The notes below the pieces were generated by a model. The model was given only the letters and a program-made list of their open reading frames with translations, was not told where the DNA came from and ran no database searches. A DNA stretch of 64,000 bases from an uncultured Acidimicrobiia bacterium (GTDB taxonomy: Bacteria > Actinomycetota > Acidimicrobiia > Spongiisociales > JAENVV01), in contig CAZRJG010000001.1 of assembly GCA_964600365.1 (NCBI GenBank), forward strand, positions 35,435 to 99,434, written 5' to 3'. Shown piece by piece: positions 37,868 to 47,522 of the stretch. The number at the start of each line of letters is the position of its first letter. The stretch's first letter is position 1. Made by a program: the position numbers and the translations under genes.

Positions 37868-38953
37868 ATGACCTCCGCCCAGGACCTCACCCATCCGGAC
37901 CCTGTCGTCCGCGAGGTGCTCGAGATGTGGCTCCCCCGCTTCCTGCGGGGCGGCACACCCGTCGGGGACCTCGTGGACACTGTCCGGAGGGTGCGGACGT
38001 GGGAGGAGTGGGGGACCGAGTGGATGGCGACCGCCGCCATCCACGAGCACCTTGCCGAGGAGGCAGAGAAGGAAGACCACCTGCGGACCGCCTCCCAGGA
38101 GTGGGACACGGCAGCCCGCTGCCACCACCTCGCCTACTTCCTCACGACGCACGATCCCACTCTCCACGACGCGGGGCTGCGGCGCATGATCGCCTGCCAC
38201 GAGCGGTCGATCGAAGGCGCTTCACCCGCGATCGAGAAGGCGGAGATCCCTGGCCCCGACGGGGCACCGATGATGGGGCTCCTGTCGTCGCCTCGGAAGG
38301 GCGCGCCGGTGGCGATCGTGCTCCCCGGACTCGATTCCACGAAGGAGACCCGCCACGGCTCGCGCGGTGGGTGGATGGCGCGAGGCATGGCCGTCCTCAG
38401 CCTCGACGGCCCCGGGCAGGGTGAGTCGAGCCAGTGGTCCACCGCCCGCCCCGACTACGAGGTGGCCATCACCGCAGCCATCGACTGGCTCGAGGAGCGT
38501 GACGATGTCGACGCCCGCCGGGTGGGACTCGTCGGCTCCAGCCTCGGCGGATACTACGCGCCACGCGCCGCAGCCCATGAACCGCGGGTCGCTGCGACCG
38601 TGGCGAACTGTGGACCGTACGACTGGGCTGCCTGCTGGGACGGACTGCCGGTCGTGACCCGTCGGGCGTTCGAGCACTACTCGGGAGCCGACTCAGCCGA
38701 ACACGCCCAAGAGCTCGCTGCGGCCTTCTCCCTCGCAGGGCACCTCGACTCCCTCGACCGGCCGCTCCTCGTGTTCCACGGCTCCGAGGACCCACTCATC
38801 CCGTGGCAGCAGGGCGAGCGCATCGCCGAGGAGGCGGCAGGACCCTCCGAGTTCGTGCTCGTCGAGGGCGGCAACCACGGCATCAACAACTACCCCTATC
38901 GCTGGGTCCCCAGGGCCCAGGACTGGCTCGCCCACCACCTGAAGGAGGACTGA
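37868..38953 (+). CDS. alpha/beta hydrolase (DUF1100/FrsA-like), paralog 2 of 3
   Basis: Same architecture as 30824-31885. GSSLGG nucleophile elbow. Confidence 0.75.
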   Translation: MTSAQDLTHPDPVVREVLEMWLPRFLRGGTPVGDLVDTVRRVRTWEEWGTEWMATAAIHEHLAEEAEKEDHLRTASQEWDTAARCHHLAYFLTTHDPTLHDAGLRRMIACHERSIEGASPAIEKAEIPGPDGAPMMGLLSSPRKGAPVAIVLPGLDSTKETRHGSRGGWMARGMAVLSLDGPGQGESSQWSTARPDYEVAITAAIDWLEERDDVDARRVGLVGSSLGGYYAPRAAAHEPRVAATVANCGPYDWAACWDGLPVVTRRAFEHYSGADSAEHAQELAAAFSLAGHLDSLDRPLLVFHGSEDPLIPWQQGERIAEEAAGPSEFVLVEGGNHGINNYPYRWVPRAQDWLAHHLKED

Positions 38954-38956
38954 CCG

Positions 38957-39853
38957 ATGGACCCCGAACGCGTCGTCATCACCGAGACAATCGACGGAAA
39001 CCCCGTCGACCTCATGTACATCGAGACATGGGACGGCCTCTACGCCCCCATCGGCGTGCGACGACCCAAGGGCGATGGGCCATTCCCGCTCATCCTCCTC
39101 GCCTCCGGAAACGGCGGTGAGGGCATGGCATGGATCAGGGACAACGTGGCCAATCGCGGGTACCTCATGGGCCGCCTCGTCGCTGCCGGGTACGCATGCG
39201 CGTGGATCCGGTACCGGACCGAGGTCGAACTCGGCTACCACGAGGGCGGACCCCTCATCAGGGACATGCGCCAGGGTCGAGAACTCTTCAATCGCTCACC
39301 CCTCGAGTACGAGGACGAGATCGCCATCGTCGAGCACATGAAGACCGTCGACTGGGTCGACCCCGATCGCATCGGCCTCATCGGGATGAGCCACGGCGGC
39401 GAGATGGTCATGAAGATCACCTCCGAGTACCACGGGGTGCGCGCCGCGGTGGCGTCCGAGCCAGCATCGCACGAGTACCTCGCGCTCACGCCCGACGACA
39501 CCGCCCACGTGAACGAGGAAACCGGCCTCCGGGACATCGAATCGATGCTCATGCGCGAAGTGGACAAGGTGCGGGGGCGCATCGACCACGACCTCGCGAT
39601 GGAGCGCATCAGCGGTATCGACACCCCCATCCTCGTGATGGGCCGGGAGACCGATGAGTTGCAGGGAATCTTCCGCCTCACCTACGACCTCTTGGTCGAG
39701 GCGGGCAAGGAGGCCGATTGGGTCTCATACGATCATGACCTCCACGGGTACGTGTACCCACTACGGGGGCATGACGGCCAGTACGAGGTCAATGACGTCC
39801 AGCTCGAGGCAATCGCAGACGTGATCGCCTGGTTGGACGACCACCTGAAGTAA
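38957..39853 (+). CDS. alpha/beta hydrolase (dienelactone hydrolase/S9 prolyl-oligopeptidase-like)
   Basis: GMSHGG nucleophile elbow. C-terminal His. Confidence 0.75.
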   Translation: MDPERVVITETIDGNPVDLMYIETWDGLYAPIGVRRPKGDGPFPLILLASGNGGEGMAWIRDNVANRGYLMGRLVAAGYACAWIRYRTEVELGYHEGGPLIRDMRQGRELFNRSPLEYEDEIAIVEHMKTVDWVDPDRIGLIGMSHGGEMVMKITSEYHGVRAAVASEPASHEYLALTPDDTAHVNEETGLRDIESMLMREVDKVRGRIDHDLAMERISGIDTPILVMGRETDELQGIFRLTYDLLVEAGKEADWVSYDHDLHGYVYPLRGHDGQYEVNDVQLEAIADVIAWLDDHLK

Positions 39854-39889
39854 GCAGACGGCGCTCGGCGCCGGGAAGGAACGACAGAG

Positions 39890-40171
39890 ATGATCCACTT
39901 CATCGTCCACAACGAGAACGACTCCGTCGGGGTCGTGGTCGTCGAGGGGGTGAGCGCAGGCGACTCCTTGAACGGCTGGATCATGGACCAGCAGAAGGAC
40001 ATCACCTTCGAGGCGAAGGATGACATCCCGATCGGCCACAAGCTCGCGATCACCGATCTCTCCGACGGCGACACGCTCATCAAGTACCAGACCGACATCG
40101 GTCGGGTCGTCGCGCCGATCGCCCGGGGCGAGCACGTGCATGTGCACAACGTGAAGACGAAGCGCTGGTAG
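39890..40171 (+). CDS. UxaA-family dehydratase small subunit (SAF domain)
   Basis: 93 aa. N-terminal SAF domain of altronate/galactarate dehydratases, encoded separately. Confidence 0.7.
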   Translation: MIHFIVHNENDSVGVVVVEGVSAGDSLNGWIMDQQKDITFEAKDDIPIGHKLAITDLSDGDTLIKYQTDIGRVVAPIARGEHVHVHNVKTKRW

Positions 40172-40205
40172 CGCACCCCACCCGAGCATCCCAAGGAGTA
40201 CACAC

Positions 40206-41381
40206 ATGAGCCTCGACATCAGCAACGCCACGTTCCACGGATACGTCCGCGAGAACGGACGGGTGGGCGTGCGCAACCACGTCCTCATCCTCCCCGTCGA
40301 CGACATCTCCAACGCCGCCGTCGAAGCGGTCGGCAACAACGTGAAGGGCACCCTTCCCCTCCCCCACCCGTACGGTCGCCTCCAGTTCGGAGCAGACCTC
40401 GACCTGCACTTCCGCACCCTCATCGGCACGGGCTCCAACCCGAACGTCGCTGCGGTGGTCGTGATCGGCATCGAGCCCGAATGGACCGGCCGCGTCGTGG
40501 AGGGCATCGCTGCCACCGGCAAGCCGGTCTCCGGGTTCTGGATCGAGCAGCACGGCGACCACGAGACGGTCAAGCAAGCCTCGGCCAAGGCGAAGGAGTA
40601 CGTGCACTGGGCCACCTCCCTCCAGCGCGAGGAACGCCCCATCAACGAGCTCTGGATCTCGACGAAGTGCGGTGAGTCCGACACGACCTCGGGCCTCGCA
40701 TCGAACCCGGCGGTCGGCAACGTATTCGACCGCCTCCACCCCCACGGCCTCACACTCACCTTCGGGGAGACGACCGAGCTCACCGGCGGCGAGCACCTCG
40801 TCGCCGCCCGATGCGTGAACGACGAGGTGAGGGAACGGTTCCAGTTCATGTTCGACCGGTACCAGGACGTGATCGAGCAGCACAAGACGAGTGACCTCTC
40901 GGACTCCCAGCCCACGAAGGGCAACATCGAGGGCGGGCTCACCACCATCGAGGAGAAGGCCCTCGGCAACATCCAAAAGATCGGCCACACCGCCCCCGTG
41001 GACGGCGTGTTGGACAAGGCCGAGGCACCAACCGGCCCGGGCCTGTGGTTCATGGACTCGTCGTCGGCAGCCGCCGAGCACGTCACGCTCTGCGCCGCTG
41101 CCGGGTTCACCGTGCACATCTTCACCACCGGCCAGGGGAACGTCGTGGGCAACCCGATCCTCCCGGTGATCAAGACCACGGCGAACCCCCGCACCGTGCG
41201 GACCATGGGCGAGCACATCGACGTGGACATCTCGGGTCTCCTCCGCAAGGAGATGGACCTCGACGACGCCGGTGACGAGCTCATCGAGATGGTCCTCGCC
41301 ACGGCGAACGGTCGGATGACCGCCGCCGAGGTGCTCGGCCACAAGGAGTTCGTCCTCACCCGCCTCTACGAGAGCGCGTAG
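40206..41381 (+). CDS. UxaA-family (altronate/galactarate-type) dehydratase large subunit
   Basis: 391 aa. GD_AH_C-type domain with conserved Cys ([11 protein letters not shown]). Confidence 0.8.
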   Translation: MSLDISNATFHGYVRENGRVGVRNHVLILPVDDISNAAVEAVGNNVKGTLPLPHPYGRLQFGADLDLHFRTLIGTGSNPNVAAVVVIGIEPEWTGRVVEGIAATGKPVSGFWIEQHGDHETVKQASAKAKEYVHWATSLQREERPINELWISTKCGESDTTSGLASNPAVGNVFDRLHPHGLTLTFGETTELTGGEHLVAARCVNDEVRERFQFMFDRYQDVIEQHKTSDLSDSQPTKGNIEGGLTTIEEKALGNIQKIGHTAPVDGVLDKAEAPTGPGLWFMDSSSAAAEHVTLCAAAGFTVHIFTTGQGNVVGNPILPVIKTTANPRTVRTMGEHIDVDISGLLRKEMDLDDAGDELIEMVLATANGRMTAAEVLGHKEFVLTRLYESA

Positions 41382-41403
41382 GAAGAGAACCAGCAACGCA
41401 GAC

Positions 41404-41447
41404 ACGGCGAGCGGCAGGGGCAACCTGCCGCTCGCCGTCCTCGTTTC
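41404..41447 (+). terminator. intrinsic terminator after the uxaA-like gene
   Basis: acggcgagcggcagg-ggcaa-cctgccgctcgccgt then cctcgtttcc. 15-bp stem. Confidence 0.6.
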
Positions 41448-41462
41448 CACACAGGAGGGACC

Positions 41463-42290
41463 GTGCAGTACTCATTCAAGGTCTGGGCGCAGGAGGCCCA
41501 GTGGCCCCAGCTCCGTGACATCTGGGTGGCGGCCGACCGCGACGGGTTCTGGGCCGCCGTGTGGCTCAACGACCACCTCTACCCGCCGAAGTCCGATGCC
41601 TCTCTCCCGATCATGGATGCCTGGACGCTCTTCGGTGGCCTCGCGGCGGTGACGGAGCGGCTCCGTTTCGGCGCCATGGTGAGCGCGAACACCTTCCGCC
41701 ATCCCGTCATCCTCGCCAAGCAAGCGGTCACCCTCGACCGAATGTCGAACGGACGCCTCAACCTCGGCGTCGGGACGGGCTGGCACGAGGGGGAGCACGC
41801 GGCGTTCGGGATCGACCTCCCGCCCCTCCGGGAGCGTTTCGAGCTCCTCGATGAGACCTTCACGATCCTCGACGGGCTCTTCCGGAACGAGCGCTTCGAC
41901 TTCCGGGGCACGCACCGCACGATCCGCGACGCGGTCTTCGAACCGAAGCCGGCCCAGTCGCCACGTCCGCCCTTCGTGATTGGCGGCACCGGCCCCAAGA
42001 AGACGATCCCACTCGCTGCCAAGTGGGCCGACCACTGGAACTTCCCCGACTACACCACCGACCCCGATCTCTTCGTCGACCGCCGGGACCGCCTCCACGC
42101 CGCCTGTGCGGAGATCGGACGGGATCCCTCCGAGATCGAGGTGAGCGTGCAGGTCCGCCACACCGACCTCGTCACGACACGGGACCTACGCGACACCTAC
42201 CGGGACCTCGGCGCCGACCACCTCCTCGTGAGCTTCACCCCACCGGCCGACCCAACCCTGCCAGTCGCAGTCGCCGAGGCGCTGGGGTAG
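41463..42290 (+). CDS. LLM-class (luciferase-like) F420/flavin-dependent oxidoreductase
   Basis: AGGAGGGAC Shine-Dalgarno sequence then GTG 41463. TIM-barrel LLM motifs (GVGTGWHEGEHAAFG). Confidence 0.8.
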   Translation: MQYSFKVWAQEAQWPQLRDIWVAADRDGFWAAVWLNDHLYPPKSDASLPIMDAWTLFGGLAAVTERLRFGAMVSANTFRHPVILAKQAVTLDRMSNGRLNLGVGTGWHEGEHAAFGIDLPPLRERFELLDETFTILDGLFRNERFDFRGTHRTIRDAVFEPKPAQSPRPPFVIGGTGPKKTIPLAAKWADHWNFPDYTTDPDLFVDRRDRLHAACAEIGRDPSEIEVSVQVRHTDLVTTRDLRDTYRDLGADHLLVSFTPPADPTLPVAVAEALG

Positions 42291-42429
42291 CGAACGTCAG
42301 TCCCCCCTCAAGGGGGGATGGACCCCATGAGCGAAGCGAATCGGAGGGGGGTGACAGATCTCTCTCCCCCCTCCCACAGCCCTGCGGGCTGCGGGTCCCA
42401 TCCCCCCGCTGGGGGGATTCGCTTGTTGG

Positions 42430-43311
42430 TCAGTCGGGAAGGGAGATGAGGACCACTCCCCCGACCACCAGTACCACCGAGGCGATGAGCGGGAGGGTGA
42501 TCTTCTCCTGTTGCTTCAGGAAGACCCAGCTGAGGCCAAGGGTGATGATCGCCTGGGTCGACTGGAGCGTCCCCACGATCCACGCCTCGAGGTAGCTGAA
42601 CGCAGTGAATTGGCTGATGAGGGCGAGGGTGGTGGAGACACCTGCACCCACGAACCACCAGGACACGTTGCCGAAGTTCTCCCGCACCCGGCGGCCGAGC
42701 TGGCCTCGGAAGGCCTCGATGAGCACGATGACCGCGTACGCCGATGCGGCACCGAGGAAGGCGCCCATGATCGCCGAGTCGAACCGCTCGAGCCCCCACT
42801 TGCGGAACACGAAGGCCGTTCCGAACGCGGTCGGAGCGGCAGCCGCAATGAGGTAGTGCGAGATAGGAACGTGCTCGTGCCCGTCGACCTCCGAGCCCGA
42901 TGACCGCGCTCGCACGAGCCACAACAGCCCGCTGATCACGATCGCGGCACCGACGAACTCGAGCAGGGTGAGCGTCTCGCCGAGCAGGATCCAGCCGGTG
43001 AATGCTGCCACGGCGGGGGTTGCAGCCATGAACGCGTTGGATCGGCTCGCCCCGACGAGGCGAACTGCCCGCAGCATGGCGGTCCGGCCCACAACCGTTC
43101 CGATCACCCCACCGATGAAGAACGCCCAGAAGGCATCCCACGACCAGGGGGGGAGGTCGAGTGTCGTGGAGATGAGCCCGAGCGCAACCACGTTGATGAG
43201 CACGGACATGAACACGCCGTCGTCCTTCGGACGGTCGCGTTGGCCGACGCGGACGAGCACCGAGGTCGTCGAGAAGAAGAAGGCGGCCGCCACGCCGAAG
43301 ACGAACCCCAT
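42430..43311 (-). CDS. EamA/DMT family transporter
   Basis: 293 aa. Ten TM helices. Two EamA repeats. Confidence 0.75.
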   Translation of the reverse strand: MGFVFGVAAAFFFSTTSVLVRVGQRDRPKDDGVFMSVLINVVALGLISTTLDLPPWSWDAFWAFFIGGVIGTVVGRTAMLRAVRLVGASRSNAFMAATPAVAAFTGWILLGETLTLLEFVGAAIVISGLLWLVRARSSGSEVDGHEHVPISHYLIAAAAPTAFGTAFVFRKWGLERFDSAIMGAFLGAASAYAVIVLIEAFRGQLGRRVRENFGNVSWWFVGAGVSTTLALISQFTAFSYLEAWIVGTLQSTQAIITLGLSWVFLKQQEKITLPLIASVVLVVGGVVLISLPD

Positions 43312-44450
43312 CAGGAGAGCTTCTCAGAGAGCCAGTCGAAGGACGCGGGAGCCCAGTGGTCGAAGTGCTTGAAGGCGCAGTGGCCCGCGTCGGCGTACAC
43401 GCGGGCTTCCCGGCCCGTCGCTGGCCCGTGCTCGAGCATGAAATAGATGTTCCCGATCGGCGCCAATGGGTCGTGCTTCCCATTGATCATGAGCACCGGC
43501 ATGGTGATGTTGTCCACGATGCCCTGCGCCGAGAGTGACCACGAGTCGAAGAGCTCCCGCTCCTTCTCCACCGACCACGCGGGGAATGAGGGCGGGTCAT
43601 CGGGCTTGCCGAACCGGAGCTCGGCCCGCTTGTTGCGGAACTCGACGACGACGTCCATCTCCTCATCGGACAGCTCGTAGCCGAACGGGTGGCCGGCGTT
43701 CGCCACCACGGCCTTGACCTTGTCCGATGCGTGGCCGGCGAGTTGCATCACCGAGTAGCCACCACGAGAGATCCCGAAGGCGCCCACCTTGTCGGCATGG
43801 ACCTCGGGCCGCTCCATGAGCCAGTCGATCGCTGCCTCCCATGCCGTCACCGACTCGGGCGACCAGGGGAACGGGTTCTCACCGGTGCCGGGCGCATCCA
43901 TGACGAGCGCCGCCATCCCGCGTTCAATGCACATCTCCTGGGCCCACCCCCTGTCCTCCTTGAACACATCCGCTCCGCACATGATGAGGACGGCGGGGAC
44001 GGGGGCGTCGGCCGACGCCTCGCTGGGGGCCCGGTAGTGGCTCACCATCTGCTTGCCCCCATGGGGGATGCGGACGACCTCCATCGGGGGGGCGAGGTGG
44101 GCGCAGGCCTTGAGATAGGCACGGGAGCACTCGGCCGAGATCTCCGCCTTGAGCGGCGTCACCTCCGAGGGGAAGCGTCCGATGGCGTAGAACGTCTTCG
44201 CCTGCAGGTAGGCCTTCCTGGCGCCCTCGTGGTCGCCGGCGGCCTCGCGCGCATCACCGATCGCCTCATGGTGCCGGCCCCGCTCCCGCCAGATCGGCAC
44301 CCAGACGTCCTCCGTGGTCGCGGTGAGTCTCGCAACCGTGTCCTGGAGCTCCTGGATGTCGTCGATCATCGAGAACCAGCGCCGATAGAAACCGCCGTGT
44401 TCCACGGCGAAGGGGTTCTCCGAGGGCTGGAATCCGAGTTCCGTAGTCAT
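43311..44450 (-). CDS. alpha/beta hydrolase (DUF1100/FrsA-like), paralog 3 of 3
   Basis: ATG 44450 (MTTELGFQPSENPF). GISRGG nucleophile elbow. One-nucleotide overlap with the downstream DMT gene. Confidence 0.75.
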   Translation of the reverse strand: MTTELGFQPSENPFAVEHGGFYRRWFSMIDDIQELQDTVARLTATTEDVWVPIWRERGRHHEAIGDAREAAGDHEGARKAYLQAKTFYAIGRFPSEVTPLKAEISAECSRAYLKACAHLAPPMEVVRIPHGGKQMVSHYRAPSEASADAPVPAVLIMCGADVFKEDRGWAQEMCIERGMAALVMDAPGTGENPFPWSPESVTAWEAAIDWLMERPEVHADKVGAFGISRGGYSVMQLAGHASDKVKAVVANAGHPFGYELSDEEMDVVVEFRNKRAELRFGKPDDPPSFPAWSVEKERELFDSWSLSAQGIVDNITMPVLMINGKHDPLAPIGNIYFMLEHGPATGREARVYADAGHCAFKHFDHWAPASFDWLSEKLS

Positions 44451-44497
44451 CCTGGGCTCCTCCCGAGCGGTCGCGTGCAGCTCGGCCACACTACACT

Positions 44498-44511
44498 TGA
44501 AATCGATTGCA
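44498..44511. promoter_or_regulatory. LacI-family operator-like site (TGAAATCGATTGCA)
   Basis: Divergent region between hydrolase paralog 3 and the PrdB/GrdB-like gene. Confidence 0.5.
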
Positions 44512-44533
44512 GCGCATCAGCGATGGAGGAAGC

Positions 44534-45325
44534 GTGTTCGACCTGCAGCCGATCGACGAAGAAGACCTCGAGGAGAGGTACGAGGAGTGGATCCAGTTCA
44601 TCGCCCGGGCCCACGAGGGTTCCAACCCGAGGCGGAACGAGGATCCGGCCTTCACCCCGCTCTCCAAGCCGCTTTCGGAGTGCCGGGTGGCCCTCTGCAC
44701 GACTGCGGGCGCCCACCTCGACGACCAGGAGCCGTTCAACGTCCTCACCCATGACGGCGACCACACGCATCGGATCCTCCCCGACGACCTCGACTCGTCG
44801 CGGCTCCGGTTCACCCACACCCACTACGACACGTCCTCGGCGGAGCAGGACCCCAACTGCGTCTTCCCGATCGACCGACTCCACGAACTCGCCGACCATG
44901 GCCGCATCGGCGAGGCGAGCCCCGTGCATGTCGGGATGATGGGCTTCAACCCTGATCCCTCCCCCGTGCAGGACGTGCTCGCCCCCACCGTGGTGGACCT
45001 CCTCCACGACAACGAGGTGGACGTCGCACTCATGGTGCCTGGCTGACCGATGTGCCACCGGTCGGTCGGACTGGTTCAAGGTGCCGTCGAGGCAAGCGGA
45101 ATACCAACGGTGACGATCTCGATGCGTCCCGACATCACCCACGGCATCCGGGTGCCCCGGGCGGCGTGGGCGAGGTTCCCACACGGGAACCCCCTGGGTG
45201 AGCCGCACCAGCCAGAGCAGCACCATCTTGTCCTCGAGGCACTCCTCCAACTCCTGGAGACAGCCGAGGGGCGTACCTTCGTCGAGCTCCCGTTCCGCTG
45301 GAGGAGGTGGAAGAAGTGGCTTTGA
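44534..45325 (+). CDS. GrdB/PrdB-family (glycine/sarcosine/betaine/D-proline reductase component B-like) protein with in-frame TGA. Candidate selenoprotein, or else a split gene.
   Basis: GGAGGA Shine-Dalgarno sequence then GTG 44534. ORFs 44507-45046 and 45050-45325 share one frame, separated by a single TGA (45044-45046), giving ...VALMVPG-U-PMCHRSVGLVQGAVEASGIPTVTI (U-x-x-C). Hairpin at 45057-45075 (loop GGUCG) 10 nt after the TGA. Confidence 0.6.
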
Positions 45326-45606
45326 ACGCCATGTCCCGGATCACCGAGAAGACCGAGGCCATGACCGACGCGGTCTATGCCGCCCTCGACGCCCTCGACG
45401 CCCTCATCGAAGAGGCGACGGCGGTGCGCAACGAAGCGCTCGCGCTCGACGAGCCGAACGAGAAGGTCGCAGGCCGGATGAAGCAGTACATCGCCCGCTG
45501 CGAGGCGATGATCACCCTCATCGAGGACAAGATCACGCCCGACACCTCGTGGCTCACGGACCGCCTGTTCAGCATCGAGACGGCAGAAACGGGCGAGTTC
45601 CTCTAG
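45316..45606 (+). CDS. hypothetical small acidic helical protein
   Basis: GGAGGAGG Shine-Dalgarno sequence about 8 nt before GTG 45316 (alternatives 45307, 45331). No recognisable family. Confidence 0.45.
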   Translation: MALNAMSRITEKTEAMTDAVYAALDALDALIEEATAVRNEALALDEPNEKVAGRMKQYIARCEAMITLIEDKITPDTSWLTDRLFSIETAETGEFL

Positions 45607-45618
45607 GCGCCTTCATCA

Positions 45619-45639
45619 GTCCCCCACTTCGTGGGGGAC
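45619..45639. terminator. hairpin terminator between convergent genes
   Basis: gtcccccac-ttc-gtgggggac. Confidence 0.55.
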
Positions 45640-45656
45640 ACACGCCCCTCGGTCGG

Positions 45657-46817
45657 CTACAGCCTCGCCGCGTCCATTCGCTCCCGCAGCGAACCCTCGG
45701 GTTCGAGCACGAACACACCGAGGCCGGCGCGGTCGGTGGCGTACACGAGGAGGTCCTCGCCGACCCAGAGGTCGTTGATCTGGGCTGCCTCCTGGCCCTC
45801 GGGGCACTCGGGGATCCAATGGCCGATCTCCTCGGGATCCAACGGGTCGGCGAGGTCGTACACGCGAACGCCTGCGTTGAAGTACGTGGCAACGACAACC
45901 TCTGCGCTGCGATAGCTCCCAGGGCGGTTCTCGTGGAGGCAGTGGGCCCCGTACCGGAGACCCCGGTCCCAGAACTCGTCGCCGGGCTCCGGGCAGATGG
46001 CCACCACCGCTGGATTCGCCTCATCGGAGATGTCGACCACCCGGATGAGGTGGGGGACCGCCCGACCGTCCTTGACCTGCTCGTCGGTCACGACCACGTA
46101 GTCGCGACCCGGGAGCGGGAGCACCGTGTGCGTGTGGCCGCCGGGCTCCCAGTTGAGGTGGGAGATGGTGCGGATGTCGGAGAGGTCCGAGGTGTCGAGG
46201 ATCGCCATACCCGAGTCCCAGAAGCCGAGGTACGCCCGGTCGCCGTCGACCATGGCGTGGTGGACGGAGCGGTTCTCCGACTCCGGCCAGGTGGGGGTCT
46301 CGTCGATGCGCATCCCGGGCCACCACCAGCGACCGGCCTCGACCGGGTTGGTGGGATCCGAGACATCGATGACGAACCAGATGCGCTCTCGGTACTCGGG
46401 GGGCGTGGCCGAGAGGTAGGCGTATCGCCCGCCCTCGTACACGATGCGGTGCACGCCCCTCCCCCCGGACTCCCAAAAACCCACTTGCTCGGGATGGAAG
46501 GGATCCGCGAGGTCGTACACGCACAGGCCCGCCCGGTGCGGGTCGGACCCGCGGAAGTGCTCGTGGTTGGTGAGCAGGAGTCCGTCGGCAACCTGCACCT
46601 TGTGGGTGTGCCCACCGCCGGGGACGGGCCACTGCTGCACCAATCGGAGGCCGGTCGGATCTGTTGCGTCGAGGATGCTCGTGCCCATCCGGCTGGTTCC
46701 GAAATGGGCGACGAACAGAGCGTCGCCACCGCGCATCACCTGCATGCCGTCACCGTGGCCACCCAGGTCGTGGTGTCCTACCTGTCGAAGGCCGAGGCTG
46801 GAGCCGGGATGGGGCAC
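45657..46817 (-). CDS. LVIVD-repeat beta-propeller protein
   Basis: Repeated ...VYDLADP / VIDVSDP / VVDISDEANP LVIVD-type units. Confidence 0.65.
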   Translation of the reverse strand: MPHPGSSLGLRQVGHHDLGGHGDGMQVMRGGDALFVAHFGTSRMGTSILDATDPTGLRLVQQWPVPGGGHTHKVQVADGLLLTNHEHFRGSDPHRAGLCVYDLADPFHPEQVGFWESGGRGVHRIVYEGGRYAYLSATPPEYRERIWFVIDVSDPTNPVEAGRWWWPGMRIDETPTWPESENRSVHHAMVDGDRAYLGFWDSGMAILDTSDLSDIRTISHLNWEPGGHTHTVLPLPGRDYVVVTDEQVKDGRAVPHLIRVVDISDEANPAVVAICPEPGDEFWDRGLRYGAHCLHENRPGSYRSAEVVVATYFNAGVRVYDLADPLDPEEIGHWIPECPEGQEAAQINDLWVGEDLLVYATDRAGLGVFVLEPEGSLRERMDAARL

Positions 46818-46818
46818 G

Positions 46819-47409
46819 TCAGTCGCTCACGGGGTCGAATCCCGCGACGACGGTGCCCGCCTCCCCGAGATCGATCGCGTCCTGGAGCTGGCCCTGGGTG
46901 GAGCCGAGGGTGCGGAGCCACCGCTGCCCGCCGAATGTGAACCCTATCCAGTAGCCGAGCTCCACGAGCTCCTCCTCGGTGAACTCGGCCCGGAGGTCGT
47001 CCCACATCGCGTCATCGGCGAGGTCGGGGTTCCACATGATCGCATCGGCGTACCGGAAGCACAGCTTCTGGCGATCGGTGTACTCGTCGGACTGCTCGTA
47101 GTTCAAGAGCCCGTCCAGCTTCTCGGCGTCGGCGCGGATACCGCCTGCCACGCCTTGACCGCTGCAGTAGGAGCACTCGCCGCTGAGGGCGATGTAGGCC
47201 CGGATGAGCTCCTTGAGCGCGAAGTCGAGGACGCCGTTGTGGTAGATCCACTCGCGGGTCTTGGTGAACGAGCGCATCACGCCCGGGACGTGGGACCTGA
47301 TCGACTGGAACTCTGGGCCGGGCTTTCCCTTGTCGATGGCGAACTCGAGCCATTCCCTGCACTCGGCATCGCTGAGGTCCTGGGGGAGCTTGTACGAGAT
47401 ACGGGCCAC
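46819..47409 (-). CDS. carboxymuconolactone decarboxylase (CMD/AhpD-like) family protein, paralog 2
   Basis: GGAGGA Shine-Dalgarno sequence then GTG 47409. CSYCSGQ motif. Closely resembles 18519-19082. Confidence 0.75.
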   Translation of the reverse strand: MARISYKLPQDLSDAECREWLEFAIDKGKPGPEFQSIRSHVPGVMRSFTKTREWIYHNGVLDFALKELIRAYIALSGECSYCSGQGVAGGIRADAEKLDGLLNYEQSDEYTDRQKLCFRYADAIMWNPDLADDAMWDDLRAEFTEEELVELGYWIGFTFGGQRWLRTLGSTQGQLQDAIDLGEAGTVVAGFDPVSD

Positions 47410-47455
47410 AGAATCCTCCGATCGACTGGAGCTTGAGTCTAGGGGATGCGCCGTC

Positions 47456-47469
47456 CGCAAACGATTGCT
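47456..47469. promoter_or_regulatory. LacI-family operator-like site (CGCAAACGATTGCT), weaker
   Basis: Divergent region between CMD paralog 2 and the MFS gene. Confidence 0.35.
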
Positions 47470-47522
47470 GGGCGACACGGGTGCATGGGTAGGCTCCCGG
47501 CGATGCGAGGTACGGCCCGACC

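Noticed and set aside
35217-38200. Long minus-strand ORFs (35217-36665, 36260-38200) across the creatininase/cupin/Gfo-Idh genes
   Set aside because: Antisense to four contiguous well-supported plus-strand genes.
39761-41450. Minus-strand ORFs of 532 and 456 aa over the uxaA region
   Set aside because: Antisense to the UxaA-family dehydratase genes. No homology-like features.
45198-47436. Plus-strand ORFs of 580 and 330 aa over the LVIVD and CMD genes
   Set aside because: Antisense artifacts.
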